Positions 62,116 to 64,000 of a DNA stretch of 64,000 nt are shown piece by piece. The notes under the pieces are model-generated. The model ran no database searches and was not told the DNA's origin. It saw only the letters and a list, made by a program, of their open reading frames with translations. Made by a program: the position numbers and the translations under genes. Each line of letters begins with the position of its first letter. The stretch's first letter is position 1. The DNA is taken from positions 1-64,000 of the forward strand of contig OZ244044.1 in assembly GCA_965215275.1 (NCBI GenBank), in the 5' to 3' direction. The stretch comes from Thermodesulfobacteriota bacterium. Its GTDB lineage: Bacteria > Desulfobacterota_D > UBA1144 > Nemesobacterales > JAJCZQ01.

Positions 62116-63192
62116 TTAAAAGTGTCTGATCACCTCATAGTAGGTGTTACGCTGGGCCGGCCGGAACCCCGCTGATCTTATCATGTGAACCAGTTCATCG
62201 ACCGTTGACCTTCTTCTGTTGTCCGCACAGGCCAGGACGTTTTCATCAAACAAGGTCCCCCCAAGGTCGCTTGCACCGTAATGCATCGTGATCGATCCCA
62301 TCTTCTTGCCTTGAGTGAACCATGATCCCTGTATGTGTCTGAAGTTATCAAGATATATCCTTGAGAGGGATAAGACCCTCAGATACCTGTCTCCTCCGAT
62401 CTCGTTCGGGAGTTTTTTTTCCAGGAACGTGTTCTTAGGCTTGAATATCCACGGTATAAAGGCAAGGAACCCTCCGGTCCGGTCCTGCAGCTCCCTTATG
62501 CGCGTCAGGTGCTCAATAATATCTTCGTCATCTTCAAAGTGTCCGAACATCATGGTCGCGGTGGTCTTAAATCCGATCTCATGTGCTTCTGACGTTATCT
62601 CCATCCATCTGTCCGCGTCTATTTTGAGCGGACTGATCTTTTTTCTTGTCTTGTTCGTCAGAACTTCCGCTCCGCCGCCTGGTATGGTTCGCAGACCTGC
62701 GTTCCATAAGCTTTGCAGCACTTCACGGGAGGTCATGTTCTCGTATTTTGCTATTGCTCCGATCTCTGGAGCGGAAAATGCGTGCAGATGGAGACCGGGG
62801 ATCTCCTCTGTGGCCCTTCTGACTATTTCAATGTAGTAATCCAGTTTGATATCGGGGTTATGTCCACCCTGCAGCAGTACCGTGGTAGCACCATTGTGAT
62901 AGGAAGTTTTCATAATGCTTATTAACTTGTCGACGCTGAGCGTGTAGGCGTCCTGTGCCTCCTGCGGTCTCCAGAAGGCACAGAATAAACATTCTGTATC
63001 GCAGACATTGGTATAGTTGGGATTGGTATCGGTTACAAAGGTCACAACGTCATCAGGATTAAATCTCTTTCTCACAAGGTTCGCTATAGCACCGAGCTGG
63101 AGCAGGTCTCCCTCTCTGAGCAGATGAAGAGCTTCCTCCGCGGTTATTCTTTTTTCTTCGATTGTTTTTTTATATATTGCCTGAATATCCAT
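62116..63192 (-). CDS. mqnC: Radical SAM CofH/MqnC family, likely cyclic dehypoxanthine futalosine synthase
   Basis: NYTNVCDTECLFCAF, LQGG, PGGGAE, TATMMFGH, AFIPW, SWFTQG. Confidence 0.85.
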   Translation of the reverse strand: MDIQAIYKKTIEEKRITAEEALHLLREGDLLQLGAIANLVRKRFNPDDVVTFVTDTNPNYTNVCDTECLFCAFWRPQEAQDAYTLSVDKLISIMKTSYHNGATTVLLQGGHNPDIKLDYYIEIVRRATEEIPGLHLHAFSAPEIGAIAKYENMTSREVLQSLWNAGLRTIPGGGAEVLTNKTRKKISPLKIDADRWMEITSEAHEIGFKTTATMMFGHFEDDEDIIEHLTRIRELQDRTGGFLAFIPWIFKPKNTFLEKKLPNEIGGDRYLRVLSLSRIYLDNFRHIQGSWFTQGKKMGSITMHYGASDLGGTLFDENVLACADNRRRSTVDELVHMIRSAGFRPAQRNTYYEVIRHF

Positions 63193-63200
63193 AATACAGA

Positions 63201-63485
63201 TCAGCTTTCAACTCCTTCACCAAAGCCGTGTTCGATAAGTTTATCGATCTCATTATATGCCTGTTCCGAATCCTCGCCACTTGCCACGACTTCAATGACC
63301 GTTCCTTTAACGGCGGCAAGGGACAGCACGCCCAGTATACTCTTTCCATCAACGGCGTAGCCGTCTTTTTTTATCGTTATGTCAGAGCTGAACTTGCTTA
63401 AAACCCTGACAAGATGGGCGGCAGCTCGGGCGTGTAACCCAAGCTTGTTCTTTATTTCAAAAATCTTTGAAGAATGACTGCTCAA
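63201..63485 (-). CDS. ptsH: Phosphocarrier protein HPr
   Basis: GLHAR, DGKSILG. Confidence 0.95.
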   Translation of the reverse strand: MSSHSSKIFEIKNKLGLHARAAAHLVRVLSKFSSDITIKKDGYAVDGKSILGVLSLAAVKGTVIEVVASGEDSEQAYNEIDKLIEHGFGEGVES

Positions 63486-63517
63486 ATTATTGCGGTTCCC
63501 GGAAGCACGCTTGTGCT

Positions 63518-64000
63518 CTATCTAAACGGTAATCTTATATCCGTCTCTTTATTTAAAATCAAATCTTTTTCATAGTTTATCTGAAGTTCGTTTGATAAGT
63601 AGCTTAATTTGATCTTCTTTGGAAAAAGCAGACCGTTTATGCTCTTGTAGTTCGAGTATTCGACGTGTAACAGGTTGTTATCACCGGTTTCTATATCGGC
63701 AGACATTATCTGACCGTTATAAGGGTTTATATAGAGCATGGTCTTAGAGTCCCTGGAGTTTGTATAAGTGACGGTCAGGAGGTTATTTTCTTTTCCTGTG
63801 ACCGGGTTCTGGTCCGGGTCCCAGAGTCCGAACGGGACTTTTCCAAAAAGAACGTCTATAAGTTCTCTGATCTTGACCACAGGCGGAAGGTCGGGATAAA
63901 AATACGACAGATCAAAACTGTCGGTATCTTCAAATACGGCCTGGTCATCTGGCGTCAGTAATACGACCCGTTTACCATCGGAAGTCAGCGTCGCAAGGCT
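63518..64000 (-). CDS. 3' part of a LolB/LolA-fold-like (DUF4292-like) protein; start lies outside the window
   Basis: Frame open to the window edge; C-terminal VEYSNY..NGLLFPKKI pattern. Confidence 0.5.
   Translation of the reverse strand, partial: SLATLTSDGKRVVLLTPDDQAVFEDTDSFDLSYFYPDLPPVVKIRELIDVLFGKVPFGLWDPDQNPVTGKENNLLTVTYTNSRDSKTMLYINPYNGQIMSADIETGDNNLLHVEYSNYKSINGLLFPKKIKLSYLSNELQINYEKDLILNKETDIRLPFR

Overview
Bacterial chromosomal window in three parts. (1) 1-13.5 kb: an AT-rich, complete type V CRISPR-Cas locus on the minus strand. It has two different large RuvC effectors in tandem, a canonical Cas12a (1265 aa) and a Cas12a2/Cas12a3 (Cms1)-clade protein (1177 aa), followed by cas4-cas1-cas2, a leader and one shared array of about 64 spacers that runs off the window edge. 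(2) 13.5-38 kb: housekeeping genes (trxB, an SDR, cstA, recR-ybaB-dnaX-ffs) interleaved with accessory DNA: IS1595-family remnants and MITEs, amplified TPR genes, two orphan lolD-like ATPases, a GT-D-like glycosyltransferase, an uncharacterised 3-gene GHKL/MORC-like ATPase operon, and a catalytically dead subtilase/Ig-repeat surface protein behind poly-C tracts. (3) 38.5-64 kb: core genes, namely tuf plus the S10-spc-alpha ribosomal cluster (rpmD absent), sixA, glyoxylate-shunt genes, mepA, msrA, mqnC and ptsH. The most notable signals are the dual-effector Cas12a + Cas12a2/a3-like system, whose readable spacers appear to give mRNA-complementary crRNAs, and the GHKL operon. All family assignments come from motif recognition and recalled sequences, not database searches.
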